A DNA stretch of 62,546 nucleotides, counting the filler, from Sphacelaria rigidula (Eukaryota), in the NCBI GenBank assembly GCA_964200075.2. It is 5 parts of 5 records of this genome, joined end to end, with 100 filler letters (N's around TTAATTAATTAA, not from the genome) between each part and the next. Parts side by side here need not be neighbours in the genome. Positions count along the whole stretch, not along the records: positions 37,590 to 50,018 come from CAXNAA020003783.1; positions 50,119 to 62,546 come from CAXNAA020003784.1; 3 more parts are not named here. One strand, 5' to 3'. This document shows positions 38,555-52,005 of this stretch, one piece after another (position 1 is the stretch's first letter; the number at the start of each line of letters is the position of its first letter). A program made the translations under genes and the position numbers. Below the pieces are notes generated by a model that was not told the DNA's origin, ran no database searches, and worked only from the letters and a program-made list of their open reading frames with translations.

Positions 38555-41500
38555 ATGAAGACGACGTCGGCGGTGCCAGCTATCGCACCGCATCGTGAGC
38601 ATGCTAGCCACACCCTCGCTCCAGAGCTGGGGCTACGTGGCATACCGACGCGCAGTCTCATCGAATTCGAGGGAGGAGGAAGTATGTTGTCTCGCGACGT
38701 CCTGGGCGAAATGCTAGCAGTAAACGCAGTAGGCGTCTTACATGAGCGTGAAATACGAGCGGGGCGAGCAGCAGGAGACGGAAAGTGGTGGGAAAGAGCT
38801 AAACGTATTAAGGGACAAGATGTTGTGGTCGCAGGGAGGTGGGGACGAGGAGCGGTCATCGACGGCGGACCGACTGAGGTCGTCGGCAAACAAGCACGAT
38901 TGCTGTGCCAAGCTGACGCGATAGCGTGGTTACGAGAAACAGCGCGCACAGACCTTGGGTGGCCCGATCCTTGCGGGTCTGACGGCATGCGGCAGCGGGG
39001 CGTAGTATCACATCACAAATCTTCTCCGCAGGGAATGGTGAATCAACAAGGCAAACTTCGTTACACAGCTGCTGGTACGCGGGTAGCAAACACCAACCAT
39101 CAAGGTCTTGTTCTCCAGTCAACAGCCACTAGAGGAATAGCGCGTGCGCATGCTTCGCCTCCGACAGGTGGTCGCCGGCGCTCGGCCGCGGAAGCTCGCT
39201 CGAGAAGTCGCAGTCCCGTGAAACTGTACGATCACGACAATAACCCCAGAGTGCTCCGCAGTCTCGTGGACGATACCGTAGTCTCCGGTCTTGCCGGAGG
39301 TATTCTGAAGACCGAAGAGGAGCAACGTGTTGGTGACCTCAAACGACAGCTCCGACTAGCTAACCACCACGCCACTGAGTTGAAAGATCAAATTTTTCAA
39401 TCGCAGACGGGTGCCCCGCATCGTGAACTACTTGGAGAGCTACATCTGGACCTACATCGGACGCGCGATGTTCTCCAATCAGATCAGCGGCAGCATCAAT
39501 CTTCGACAACGCAGCGCCCGATCGAAAAGTTGTCAACATATGCCGAGAAACTGGCATCGACGAAATTTGTTCAGCCCACGGAAACATGCACTAGACCAAT
39601 ATCACGGCACAAGAATGAAGAACTTCGCCCGTTTCGTCGTGCAAACGATGTACAGCTCCCCGTAAGGAATGTGGCCACCGACGTGTCATCACGTGGTCCA
39701 ATTAAGTACCGCGAACCGAAACGTAGTAAGAACGTGGTACTACGTTCATCAACGCCAGCATTCGACCCACCGGGATCTCCATCTTCGCCGTCCACGCCCA
39801 CCACCTCCCTTCGACGATATCTCTCTTCTCTCCGACCCTTCTCAGCCGGAAGCGCCCGGGCGGCATGGGGACTAACAGAACCTGGGGGGCACTTTGGCGG
39901 CTCGGAATGGGATCCCCCCTCTTCGCGTTCGGGCAACCCTAATACGGTCGGAAACTTTGGCCGAGGTCCTGTGTGGCCAGTGCTGTTTTTCATTGGCAAT
40001 GCGAAAAGACCCAAAGCGAGACATCCGCTCGGCGTGTACTCCTTGCCTCTGTTCGACGACCGAATGTTGTGGAGCTTACAAGAAGCTTCCGGTGAGCCGA
40101 TTGACAGAGTCAGAATAGCGACGAAAGTCCTGTCTCGGTTTGATTTGTCGCGTTTTCAGGTATCCATGATGAAGCTGTGTCGCACACAAGGTCGTGCGAG
40201 CAATACCAACACTCTGCATTCCATGGGTGGTGGAGATGAAAATGGACGCCATGCACCCAAGCGGACACACGGAACCGGGACCCCCGATGGGCACACGGCG
40301 CAAGACTGGGTGCCTGATCAGTCTGGGACACTTCGTGGGGGGGTTGCATCGTCGTCAGAAAACGTGTGGAAAAAGGCTAGTGTGTGCGCGGATGGATCCG
40401 ACGACCCCATTATTCTATCTAAAGCAGCGGCTTTCCAAGCCCTGGCGACCGGATTTTTGTCTGGGGTGTTCGGGGAAAGGACTGTCGAGGCCATTGTTCG
40501 GGCATCCAGTCCTTTGGTTGTCTTCGACTCAAGAGAAACGACTGACAGTAAGCTGAAATTGTCGACGGCGGAGGAAACCTCCCCGACGAAACGAGCAGTG
40601 AACACTGCCATTTTGACGACAAGTCCGAGTGAAGTAGAGCTTGGCTGTCCTGACCCAGCTGTTGCTCCGCTGGACCGTGTATGCGGTGGCAAAGATGTCG
40701 CTATGAGGGCACAACCATCGCAGACAAGGGAGGAAGGAATAGTGGTCGTCGACCAGCTCGTGAGGGCTGCGGCCGTCGAGTATAGGATCTACAATGTGGC
40801 CACAGGGCTTTGCTGCAACGAGAACAGAACGTCTGTTTCTTGTTCGTCGTCCATGCGTTCGTTTGACGTGGAGTCCAGTCGGAATGTTTTTATTGGGGGG
40901 CACGATGTCAATTGCGCTGAGGGAAGCGGAGGCGAATCTCGAGGCATCGGGGATAGATCGAGAAAACAACGTCCGGCATCTGCCGATAGTGACGAACTGG
41001 GATTGCCACCTCTCAAATTGCGAAAGGGAGCCACAAGGGGAGCGCCTCGAAGATCCTGGGAGGTAGGACAGGACGAACGACCAGGAGACGCTACAGTAGG
41101 ACCGACATCACGTCCGGCAGCGGAATGTATGGAGGAGAAGGAAGAAACCTTCAGCTTCGTTCGGCCGCGCTCGACCCCTCGGTGCTTGCGTCCAGGGTTT
41201 AAGGTACCGTGAGTGTATATGCCTAGTGTACTGGGTGTTGTTTACAAGATGGCCACGAGTGTCGACTGCAATACTTACTAGATGAATAGTATGTCTCGAT
41301 AACCTCTCACTGACCTCGCTACTTCGTCGTTTTGGACAAAAACAATTTTCTACAAACGCAAGGGAGACGTAACGACGGCGATGCTCCGACAAGAACTCGA
41401 AGCGTCCGAGAACACTGCAGCGCGGCTCGGTATCTCTATGGCGAGGAAAGCTGAAGCGTGGACAAGGGAATCCCAGCCTGCTCAGATCGCCGCCACTGCT

Positions 41501-44500
41501 GCCGCTAAAGTAGCCATCCAGAACGCCGCTTTGGAGCTAGCGGGAAGCCGCGCGAGAGAGGCGCTGATCGAAGCGGCGAAAATCCGAATGCGCAAGGCCG
41601 TGGAGATCATGTACCTCAGGCTCATTCACCGAAGCTGGACCGCGTGGATAGAGATCACCAGGCACCGTCGATCTCTAGAATCGGCGAAGCGCCTGACTCG
41701 CCTAGTCGGTGCAGCAGCCATAGCCCATGGTGTTCTCAAACCTTTACTCCGCCGGAGACAGCGAACGTGGCTTCGACGGTGGGCCGCAGCGATGCGCGCG
41801 GAGCGCGTTCTAGAAGTCCAGGCGGCTTCGGTGGAACTACAACGGGTTGCTCGGGGTTTCTTGGGGCGAGAATGCGCGCGGGGCGTGAAACGAAATCAGG
41901 GTGCAGTTGCCATGCAGCGTATCGTGCGCGGGTGTGCTGAGAGGGCCCGCGCGGCGCGAAGGGTCAGGTATCTGCAAGAGCTACGGGCGGCGAGGACGAT
42001 CGAGACCAAGTACAGGGAGTTTGTTTGGCAGCGCGAAACCGTAAAGCTAAGGAAATTGAGGGGGCACGAGCGCGCCGCGACTACGGTGCAAGCGATCTGG
42101 CGTGGGTGTATCTTGGGCAGACGACCGGTGAGGCGCTTGCGACAAAGACAGAGGCGTGAAAAATCTGCACGTATGGTGCAGAGACTTTGGAGGGGTGTGG
42201 TTGCGCGTATGGAGGCGGATGTGTTGCTGGACGCAAAGAATGAGAGGGAAGCGGCTGCTAAGATTCAAGCCGCTGCACGAGGTCGACGGTAAGCGGTATG
42301 AACCATCGAGGGTACGTATGAAGTTCTAGATTTACGCGGTGAATGTCTGCGCTACTAGATTTGACCCAGTCTGACCGAGTGCTTGTCCCTCCTCAGGGTA
42401 TATCCATCGTGAGAGGCATATCGATATTCGCTCGTTGGTCTACTAGAGCAACGTGTACTCCTTCACATAACTTGATTTTACCGGTATTCTTCCCTTTCCC
42501 CCACCCCGTCCACTACGTCTTCGAATACTTAGATGTTGCCTCTGATCCCCCTCCTTGCTTATCGCGTCACAACATCCAACGGGTTTTCGCTTGTGATCGA
42601 CGAATACCGCTCTGAAACGCATTCACTCTCCGGGTGTTATTTCTCGTTTCGAAGGGCACGTAATTACTACAAGTACGCGATCTCGCGAGAGAGAGCCGCC
42701 ACGCGCTTGGCCTGCTTCTGGCGGTGTGTTGCTGCGATAGCGGAAACGACGAGGCGACGTGACAGCCTCCGTATAGCTCTAGTGGTTAACCCTTTGATTC
42801 GAGGGTTTCTGGGGAGGTTGGTAGTTCGAGCTGTGCGCAAGGAGAACCACCAGAATCGGAGAGCAACACTTGTTGTGAGTTGGATATGCCGACCGTGCGG
42901 AACTTTGGAGACAGGATGTCCCGTATGTTTCAGAAAGACGCTATCCTCATTTCGGTGTTGCATAGCCACTATCCGTATTAGGTCTACCGGATTGAATACC
43001 GACGTTTCGTTTTCCGGATGCAACGCTGTGGATAACAGCCCCCCGCAACCCACGGTCACCCACTGACGGATCTTATGTCTTCTTTGAACGTGTCATCTTC
43101 TGCGACTGGCGCTATCCATCAGGCTTGCGTATTCGCCCAGAAGATATTCAGGGGGAAGCAAGGGCGGCTGAAAGCTAGGAGAGAGCTTCTGCGGAACTGC
43201 GCTGCGGTCGAGGTAACAATTCTCGTAGGGGTAAGGAGATACACAAGTCGGATACCATGCCCTCGTTGGGGCAGAATGCACAGGTTGTGGCTACGGTATG
43301 ATCTTTGGTGACATGTGTAGGGTTTCATGTGTTTCCTTGCAACCTTCATCGCTTGCGTGTTCTCACAAGTCAATTTGTCCAGTAATCCCACCGCTGCAAA
43401 CAATCAGGATCGGCGGGCTACCCTTAAAAGCAGAAGTAATTGATTACACCGCAAGTTCGAGCATAGTGGTGACGCCAACCGTGCTCAGATATGATTGAAA
43501 TATATTATCGTTCTCTTGAAATATCTGGATGATGTGTAGTGTACGTGATGTTTGTCACATGATCTCCTTTTTGCTGTTTCAAAACGCTCCCGCAGCCTCA
43601 GACTTGGCATACGTGGTGTGCGTATGCCCTCTTACTCCACTCGTGTCCACCTCGAGGCGTGGTGCAGATTGACATCTGGATGTAAGAGTATTCGCCGCGC
43701 ACCAATAGCTGCATTTTGTGTGTGACCTCGCTACCTGCTCTAGCTTCAACGAATGGTCAGACGCCACCGAATGCGTCGAATTTCTGCGGTAGAGAACACC
43801 AGGATCCGAACTCAGCTGGCAATGTGGGCGGCGACTATTGCGGTACAGCGGCTGTGGCGAGGGCTCACGGAACGGAGAAAATTTGGTCAGGTGTGAGGAG
43901 TCTGTGCGTATGGGAGAAGGGCATTACATACATTTTCTTCCGAAAAGATGTTAACCCCTTTTTCACACCGCCAAAGGATCGTCGAAATTCAGATGCCAGG
44001 AACCAACCTGTTTTCTTGGAGTCAAGAGCACTGCCCCCTGCGCATATCCCCATCATCGCTTGCGTCATCACCGTCGCGCGAAGGCGCACATGCACCCTCC
44101 TGTCACCCCCTCACTGACGAAGAATAGTGACGACGATCAATCGACTAAAGTTAATATGGTCCTTCCCGTTCCATCCTGTTGCGTTTGACCCCTGTGATCA
44201 TCCACACGTACATCATGCAAAACATCGCAACGATTACCTCTGTGTCTCGAAACACGGCCGGAGTGCAGCGGGCAGCCGAGGAAGCGCGATCGCGCGCAGC
44301 CTTCAGCATCCAGTCCGCGTATCGGCGGTTACGCTCCCGCCGTGCTCGCCGTCTCCGTCGTCGCCTGGCGTCCCCCGCCGGGCGCGAGGGTACCGGTACG
44401 AGAGCCCGCAGTCGTAGCGACCGCGGCAAGAGTAGGTCACCTTGTCGGGGGCACAAGGCAGGCAACGCTACACTTTCGAGCATCAACGGCGATGTCATGT

Positions 44501-47500
44501 CGGGTAGCGTGGACGGCAGTAGCGCGGGCGTTGGAAGTTCGAACAGCGAGAATAGCCAAGAAAGGGGAGGCGAGAGCGACATGGGAGAGGAAAATGACGA
44601 ACGGAGCAGAACCTCAGACATGAGTGCGGGGGGGCAACACGAGAACGATTACAGCAGCGCTCGGGAGTACGGGAACGACGGGTTTGCTGGCGGTGGTGCC
44701 ACCGATCTGTTTGGCTCCGAAGATGCACCGAATCACGATAGTATTTGCGAAGACATGGGAGATGTGGCCCTCGCTGCAATCATCGCTTCTCGTCAAGTTG
44801 CTGTGCCCGAAGAGCAGATCCCACCTCCCCAAGAAGACGTCACACCGCTCAAGACAACTCCTGGCTTTGCTTCTGAGGCCGGGTCGCCGCGCGCGTTGGA
44901 GGTGGCGCCCGCTGTGGAGGCTACACTGGAGTACTATGAGGCCAAGCAGCGGTACCTGGCGGCGCAACAAGCGGCACACGGTGCTTCCGCCGTAAAGATT
45001 CAGGTGAAAATAACACCACAGTGACGAGGTATGCGTGCATAATGCATCCAGAGGGAGGCGACCTCGACCTTTGCTGGCTACGACTGTGTACTATCTTGCT
45101 CACTTCTTGCTCCACCTTCGCTTGAGCAAGTCTATCATCAGCTGTTGAGAGTTCCGGGACGAGCGCGCGAGTATGGTTCTGATAGAGCACTCTTTCGGTC
45201 GTAGCCTCACGTTGTCTCCTTATCCTTCTGTGAAAGACCACACGTGAAGTAAGCACGACGGATGATCCGTGGCAACCGTGTCTAGTTGCCCAAAGCCGAT
45301 CTGATGCCCAACGTCTCCTATTTTTCTCGTTTCCAATAATTATACCCTACGAACGACAGAACACGGTTCGGGTCTTTGCGGCCAAGAAAAAGGTTGCTGC
45401 CGCTCGAGCCCTTATCCGCGAGATCGCCGACCACAAAGCACGACGAGAGCGGGCGGCCGTAACCTTGCAGAAGGAGACGAGGGGGCGGGCGGCACGGAAA
45501 GTGGCGGCGGAGAGGCGAGCCGTGTTGGAGCAAGCTGAGCGGCAACGGCGGGGTGCGATCACCCTCCAGGTGATCATGAATCGCACAATCACATGTCCCG
45601 GGGAGAAAAGGGGGGGGCGGCTTGATGCTTGCACTACTGGCTTTCGACCGAACCAGGACTTGCTAGCTTCATCGCGTGTAAGAGAGTCAGATCGGCTGTT
45701 GAAAGGACGTTGAAATGAGCGTGATTGGGGAAGAGAGAGGGAGGTTAGGCGGCGGGAGGGCGAGGTAGGGAGGTAGATGTGTGTCCCCTTGCCTCATCTA
45801 TTTTCCAGTGATGATGGTAGCATTGGTTGGCGCGTTGCGAGAAGCAAGGGCACCGTTTTTAGGGAGAGGTCGTGAAGTATCCCGAGCTCAAGCAAAAAAA
45901 TGCGTCTTCAGTGGTTCAGCGCGCGAAATAGCAAGCAAATAGTCACACGACGGTGGCGTTAAGATACCCGCACGTCATGTCAATACAACACCATCAAACG
46001 GAATCATCCCTCGGGTTGTGTAGCTGAGGTGGCGTGAAAATGTTCCATGGGGTTTGATTAGAAGGTGCATGGCAAGTCTGGCCTGAAGTCTTTCAACGCC
46101 TACCGCTGTTTGTGTGGTTGGTTTCTGCTGGATCAGTGCGCGGCGCGGTGTTTTGTAGCGAAGCGGCGACTGATGCATCTGCGGGCGGAGGACAGAGCAA
46201 GACGAGACAGGCTCGACAGCATGGCGGCTCGCATACAGGTTGCCCATGATGTATTTTGCAAGTTTTGTGGTATGCTAGACCTTACTTTTTGTGGTGTTCT
46301 ATATTCCATTTTAAGTTGTATCTCCAAGATGAACATACACGCAGGTAGACGGGGTAGGTAGATGTACAGATACGTGTATATTTATAGAGAGGGAAATACT
46401 GATATTAAGACGGACGAATAGTCGTATAGGTGATTTTTATACATAGAGATGAAGTCGACACAACAACATACGGCAAAATATTAGCGCTGGACTCGTGCAT
46501 ATCTGAACGTACACAGGTAGGTGGGTAGGTAGATAGGCACCGGATTCATTTTTCTGGGGGTGAGTAGGCTAGGACGTAACGGTAAGATGTGCGTGCACAA
46601 ATGGTATTTGGAACAACAAAATTAACATAAGCACTATTAACTAGAGTGACCAATCAAAACCGGTATGGGTCTTACTACGTACGCCCTGTACCACCCGCTA
46701 CATTGCGTCGTCATTATATTCATGTTCATACTTTCGGCCCTCGTCGATGATGTCTTTAGCGACATCGACCGACCTGCAAACACGGGTGTCAAAATTGAAA
46801 AAAAACACACGCGCGCGTAAAACACAAAAGCGCACACAAACCTCATGTCGCAGGCGAGAGTGCGAGGGATCCAGACGCGAGATGTGTGGCGAAAATTCTT
46901 CCACAGTCGAGCTCTCCTGGAGAGGGAGCGGCAGCGACGGGGCGCCCAAAAGATCCAGTGCATGTGGAGGTAGGGGCAATCGCCGCATGCACGAGACGAC
47001 ATTGTTACAAAGGTTGTTTGTGCGTGTATTTGTGCTTGTGTGTGTGTTTGTTTGTTGCTATTTTGTCGTTATTGGTGTTGTTGTTCGTTCTTGCTCTTGT
47101 TATGTGTTGTTGATGTTGGTGGTGTTGTTGTTTCTGTTGTCATCGCTGCTTCCTTTCTTCTTTCCTTTCTGAAGCCGTTGCTTCTATCTTCTTCTGTTTC
47201 TTTCCTTCTTTTGTCCTTCATTATTATGTTCTCTTTTTGCTGCTCCTGACCACGGGCTGGATTGTTGCAATCAGCTTATGTGAGATGATCAATCAATGTA
47301 TCAATCGGTAGGAAGAGAGAAATCTGAGAAGTGATCGACAGTTGCTCCCGCGCCCGAACTAAAGCCGTGGGTAACAAGAAGCGCTGCCTGTGTGTCGGTT
47401 GCTCCTTGCTACCATACCGACATGGCGATTTCCCTTTCCTCCGACAAAAAAAAACAATCGTCACTTACTAGACTAAAAATCGTTCACACGCCGAAGCGAT

Positions 47501-49681
47501 TGATCTTTTTCACGCTCTTGGCCGGTTCCGGCGATCCCTGTCCGCATACCTGTTGATCATTGTCCATGCGCACGTTGATCATTATTTGCTCGGAATGCAG
47601 GTCGAGGTTGGCGAACACCGAGGCGGCGCGGCGAAAAAGTGTGCGGGACGAGGAAATACTGGCGGAGTTGCTCGAAAAGTGCGTAGAACCAAACCCGCCG
47701 CCGCTCCCTAAAACGAGAGAATGAATGAAACGGAATGGAGGCATTCTGCTCCCCCGCCGTTGCAGCGTCACGCTCACATAGCCGGAAACGCCCTAAATTA
47801 CCACTGTTTGCTTCCTTTTGCTCTACTCAAGTGTCGATGAAGTCTCTCTCTCCCCGACCCCGACAACAAAAACATGATTGATTGGTTGATCTCATGGACG
47901 TACGGCTTTGCCAGACGCTTTGTTCTCGTTACACCGGGCATACAGAGTCTTGACGATACAAGCGCAATCAAGTTCGTGTGAAGAGAACGTGCGCGTGCAA
48001 AAAATAAATAAATATTTTACACACGCACAGACACACAGACACACCTACATCGATCGCATGCACCATTCTTCCAACTAGATGAAGCTGGTACTTTAAACGA
48101 ACGGTTGAAAACGATTCATACAACCCTACTTTGCTCGCACGTACCGGTCAAAATCACCACTCCTCTACAATCAGCCTCCTTCGGAGGCCCTAGATCGTAG
48201 CTACATGATTGCAAAAAGTAGCCCCATTCCAGCCATCAGCTCCAGAAAATGACCAACTCGCCGGTGGCACCACTCATCACAACGGTATATTCACCGAACC
48301 GAGTACAGGAGAAGGAGAAGTTGAGCCTGCGCGCGGGTACAAAGCCGCGTACAACCTCATCACACGCGATAAAATCACAGCCTCGCACTATCCGCATTTC
48401 GTGTAGACAGTATGTGACGTTGCGTTCTGCTGTCCGAACGCACGTCCATCCATTTGCACTTGCACGACTAACAACTACATGCCAATGCACAACAAGATGT
48501 CTAAACTGCCAGTTTTTACAAAAAAAAAACGGCTCTCGTACGAAACGGTCAACCCTGGATCGCACCAAAATATGCCTTTTTTACTCTCCGCGCGCCATTG
48601 TACTCTAAAACTACGTGACACGTGTGTACCACCGCCATCAAATCTTCTTGCCCTCTTGGCCATGCTAGCCTGTCATTTCCACGCTGCCCCGGAATTAGAA
48701 AGTTAAGAAAGGGGAGCCACGTGCCAGCCCTGCAGCATCGATGACTAGGATGAATTCCCTTCCCCCATTAACTTCTGAGGAAACGATCAAATTGTCGGCC
48801 GAGTTCGCGGGTAGGGTTTCGGTAGCCACGCACGACCCACAAACCGCGCTGGAAACAAATCACGCTGGTACAAACCACTTTTTTTTTTTTTCCGTCAGTG
48901 TTGCCTCTTGAGAGGGAGTTAGTTCCATCTTTCTCACACCGCAGTGACTCATGGCAGATATTTTTAACCGAGAAGATATTAAATCGAGTTTATGCGTTTC
49001 CCCCCCTTTATTTTTTCGTCGTTTTTTTTTTCAGGCACCTTCAGACTTTGTTGCAATCCGCGCTGCAGGCCGAGCGGAGACACGCCTACGCCGTGAGGTT
49101 GCAGTGCTGGTGGAGGAAATTACTGGCGGAGAAGGTTAGACGTCTACGCGGCAGAGAGCTGAGGGAGACGCAGATATCGGAGAATAAACACGAGGAAGAA
49201 CGTGCCGCTATCGTCATACAGGTGTCACTCTGAGTACATGGATCGCCGACGACCGTACACGCAGATGCAAAGACCGGCTATACTGTCTACAATATACGTG
49301 TAGGACTTGGCGCGGTTCAATTTTGTGGCGATACTGATGAGCTATGTCTTTTGTTTCTCAAACGTTGCCCGGATGAATGCTGCCATGGCGCGGTTGGTGC
49401 ATCGCATTTTTGAGTTCTACATGCTTTCGTGTGTGAGAGTTCCCTCTGCCATGTATGACACGCTCACGACGACAATGATTCGCCGCATCACACACCCAAC
49501 ACAGAGTCACATCCGAGCTGCTAGAGCGCGACGCTTCTACAACGAAAACTACGTGTCTCTCTTCAGAGAACGGGAACGGAAGAAGTACTGCACGGAGTGC
49601 CAGGGGGAGTACGCCACACGCAAGTGCGACACGTGTCTTGACAAGTTCTGCGACAGCTGCTGGGTCCGCATCCACGGAAAG
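38555..49681 (+). CDS. Large multi-IQ-motif (calmodulin-binding) protein with a B-box zinc finger; 3'-partial, start uncertain, spliced
   Basis: Exons 38555(or 38525)-41203, 41363-42288, 42655-42874, 43123-43212, 43744-43890, 44269-45003, 45360-45569, 46137-46238, 46854-46969, 47601-47678, 49035-49221, 49505-49681, all phase-consistent. Many IQxxxRG motifs (LQRVARGFLGR, VQAIWRG, VQRLWRG, IQAAARG, IQARVRG). The last exon reads CTECQGEYATRKCDTCLDKFCDSCWVRIH (B-box). Confidence 0.82.
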
Positions 49682-50018
49682 GTAAAGCTCGGCGCATAGG
49701 GGGGCAGGTGGACGAGGGGAAGCAAAGACCTCGCGTTTTTGGGGTAAAGATACTGTATACTGTGTATGCGGGAACGGGGGGGGGGCGATTTGAGAAGCGT
49801 CATGACCGGAACTCGTTCGCTATGTGCTAGGATGCTTGTTGCATCAAACTCCTTTCGCAAAAATTATACGTACGTCCTTTCCCAGCATTGTTGCGTAGTC
49901 TACTTCAGGTAAAACCTACCTCGCGCTTTGCCTCCTGCTACATCAAACCGGAGAGTCATCCTACGATAGGGGGGGGGGTATTTTGGGCCATTTGTTGCTC
50001 GAAATTTCGAGTCAGATC

Positions 50019-50118
50019 NNNNNNNNNNNNNNNNNNNNNNNNNNNNNNNNNNNNNNNNNNNNTTAATTAATTAANNNNNNNNNNNNNNNNNNNNNNNNNN
50101 NNNNNNNNNNNNNNNNNN
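50019..50118. other. Artificial contig-joining spacer
   Basis: N-TTAATTAATTAA-N, 100 nt. Confidence 0.97.
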
Positions 50119-50269
50119 CGTTGTGGGTGGCGGGGGGCGGATGGTGGAGGCCGCGTGTGGGGGGCGGATGGTGGGGGGGGGGGGGGGGGGGGGGGGGGTT
50201 GGATAAAATGAAAACGAGCTTTGGAGCTTGACACTTGTACATGTGCAGATATGCATACAGGCTGGTTCA

Positions 50270-50990
50270 CGGAAAAAACCCCAAATACACTCATCGGCAA
50301 AACTTCACGCCGTTTTAAGGACTTAGACCCTTGAATTTTGCCCCAGTGTTCTATGGTTCATTACGCAACTTTCCACGGTCGAGTTTTTTTTTTTACTTTT
50401 TTACTTTTTCACCGTTTTTCCGGGATCCCAGTTTTGTCGGGAAAACTTCGATCCAGTCGGACCCGCGTAAAACGGTAATAAAACAAGAAATGAAAACTCG
50501 TCCATCCAATGTTGCGTAATGACCCATATCATACCTGTGCAAAATTTCAGGGTCTAACTCCTTGAAATGGCGTGAAGTTTTTCGCGTTTGTTGAATGAAG
50601 CTTGCGTGTCGCGGTAAAACGGCAAACTACTAGATTTAAGTATAAATATGGCGTTTTAGGGCCTTTTTCGACGTGAACATAAAAATTTAAGCACCAGTTG
50701 ATCGAGTTTAGCCACGAAACCTCTGTGGGGCTCTTCCTTGGGTGTGCGGCGGCAGAGCGTTCGCGAAAAAATGAAAAGAAATACTTTCGTGCCGGTTTTC
50801 CGGGGTCCCAGAATGGATGACCTCGAAAAAACGACTTGGATCCCGTCGGACCCCCGAAAAACGGTAAACAATTAAAGAATTAGAAAAAATCGCTAACCGA
50901 AACTTGTGTGATGGTTCATAGCTCATTTGTGCAAAGTTTCAGGGTCTAACTCCTGATAAATGCGTCAAGATTTGCGCGTTTGTGCGAGGA
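50270..50990. repeat. Cluster of diverged ~190-bp repeat units (two direct, one partial inverted), probably transposon-derived
   Basis: TGTGCAAA(A/G)TTTCAGGGTCTAACTCCT and GTCGGACCC...AAAACGGTAA occur at about 50405-50595 and 50790-50990. An inverted version (TTAGACCCTTGAATTTTGC) lies at about 50300-50345. Confidence 0.65.
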
Positions 50991-51871
50991 TGTGAGCTGA
51001 AAACGTGCAAACTCCCAACTACTTGGTTTGAGTATGAAAGCATCTGTTAGGGTGAATTTTACGTCAAGGAAGGAGAAGTTGTATGATATGTTCGAGTTTC
51101 TCCACCAAACTTCGAACATGTGTTCCTTGGACCATCCCGAGACGCATCATATATATATATATATATATATATTAGTCATTCTGTACCGCCTTCCGGGGGT
51201 CTTTGTACTGGGACCCCCGGAAGCCGGTACAGAACGGAGAAACGTTCCGACCCTTGCCAAGAACACAATTTTCCCATTTGGAGCATCAATACCTACGGAA
51301 CTGCCAAGTTTGAGAACGATCTGAGCTTTTCTACAACAGATATAAGGGAAATCATCACGAGGCTTCCCGAGTCTTTCATGCGTATCATGAGTGGAAATTA
51401 GACGACGCCAAACTCCACATCACCGAAACATTATGGTCTCGGGTATGATTCGACCTCATTGGAACCGTTTTCGAATCCGTTTCTCCCGTTACATTCTTGA
51501 GGTGATGACGGTCACTACGATTTGAAGTATGTGGGGATTTGGTGGAAATTGGGCTTGGAATTTGTATTTTCAATTTCGGAACAGTTTGAAAGGCGCTGAT
51601 TGGTCGAGACACATTTTTGTCTATAGCGCCACCGCTATAGCCTTAAAAAAATCCGGCTGTGTCACCCTCTTCGTCTGTTCATTGCGGTCAGTATGATACC
51701 TTTTATGCGACTTTTGGGTGCATTGCAGAAGGCATTTGCTGATGACAGATTTTTTTTTTCCCGTGAACGAGCCTGTATGAAGTTGAACATTCGAGCAAGA
51801 TCGTCGAAGAGCTCATTATAACTATTTGCTCGTCGGATTGCTGACTCCTCCACTTAAGTCGTTCATCACCA

Positions 51872-52005
51872 GCAATGACTCGACTGCTCGCTCTATTATT
51901 ATTTTCCACAACGAGCAATAACTCGAGAGCTCGCTCTACTGATTTTCTTCACAACGAGTAATGACTCGAGTACTCGCCCTAATAATTTTTACGGCCAACG
52001 AGCAG
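51872..52005. repeat. About 43-bp minisatellite, 3 units
   Basis: Repeated AATGACTCGA..CTCGCTCTA.T.ATTTT..CACAACGAG. Confidence 0.7.

Noticed and set aside
51872..52005. CRISPR-like repeat array
   Set aside because: Units are adjacent degenerate tandem copies with no unique spacers, there are no cas genes, and the context is eukaryotic.
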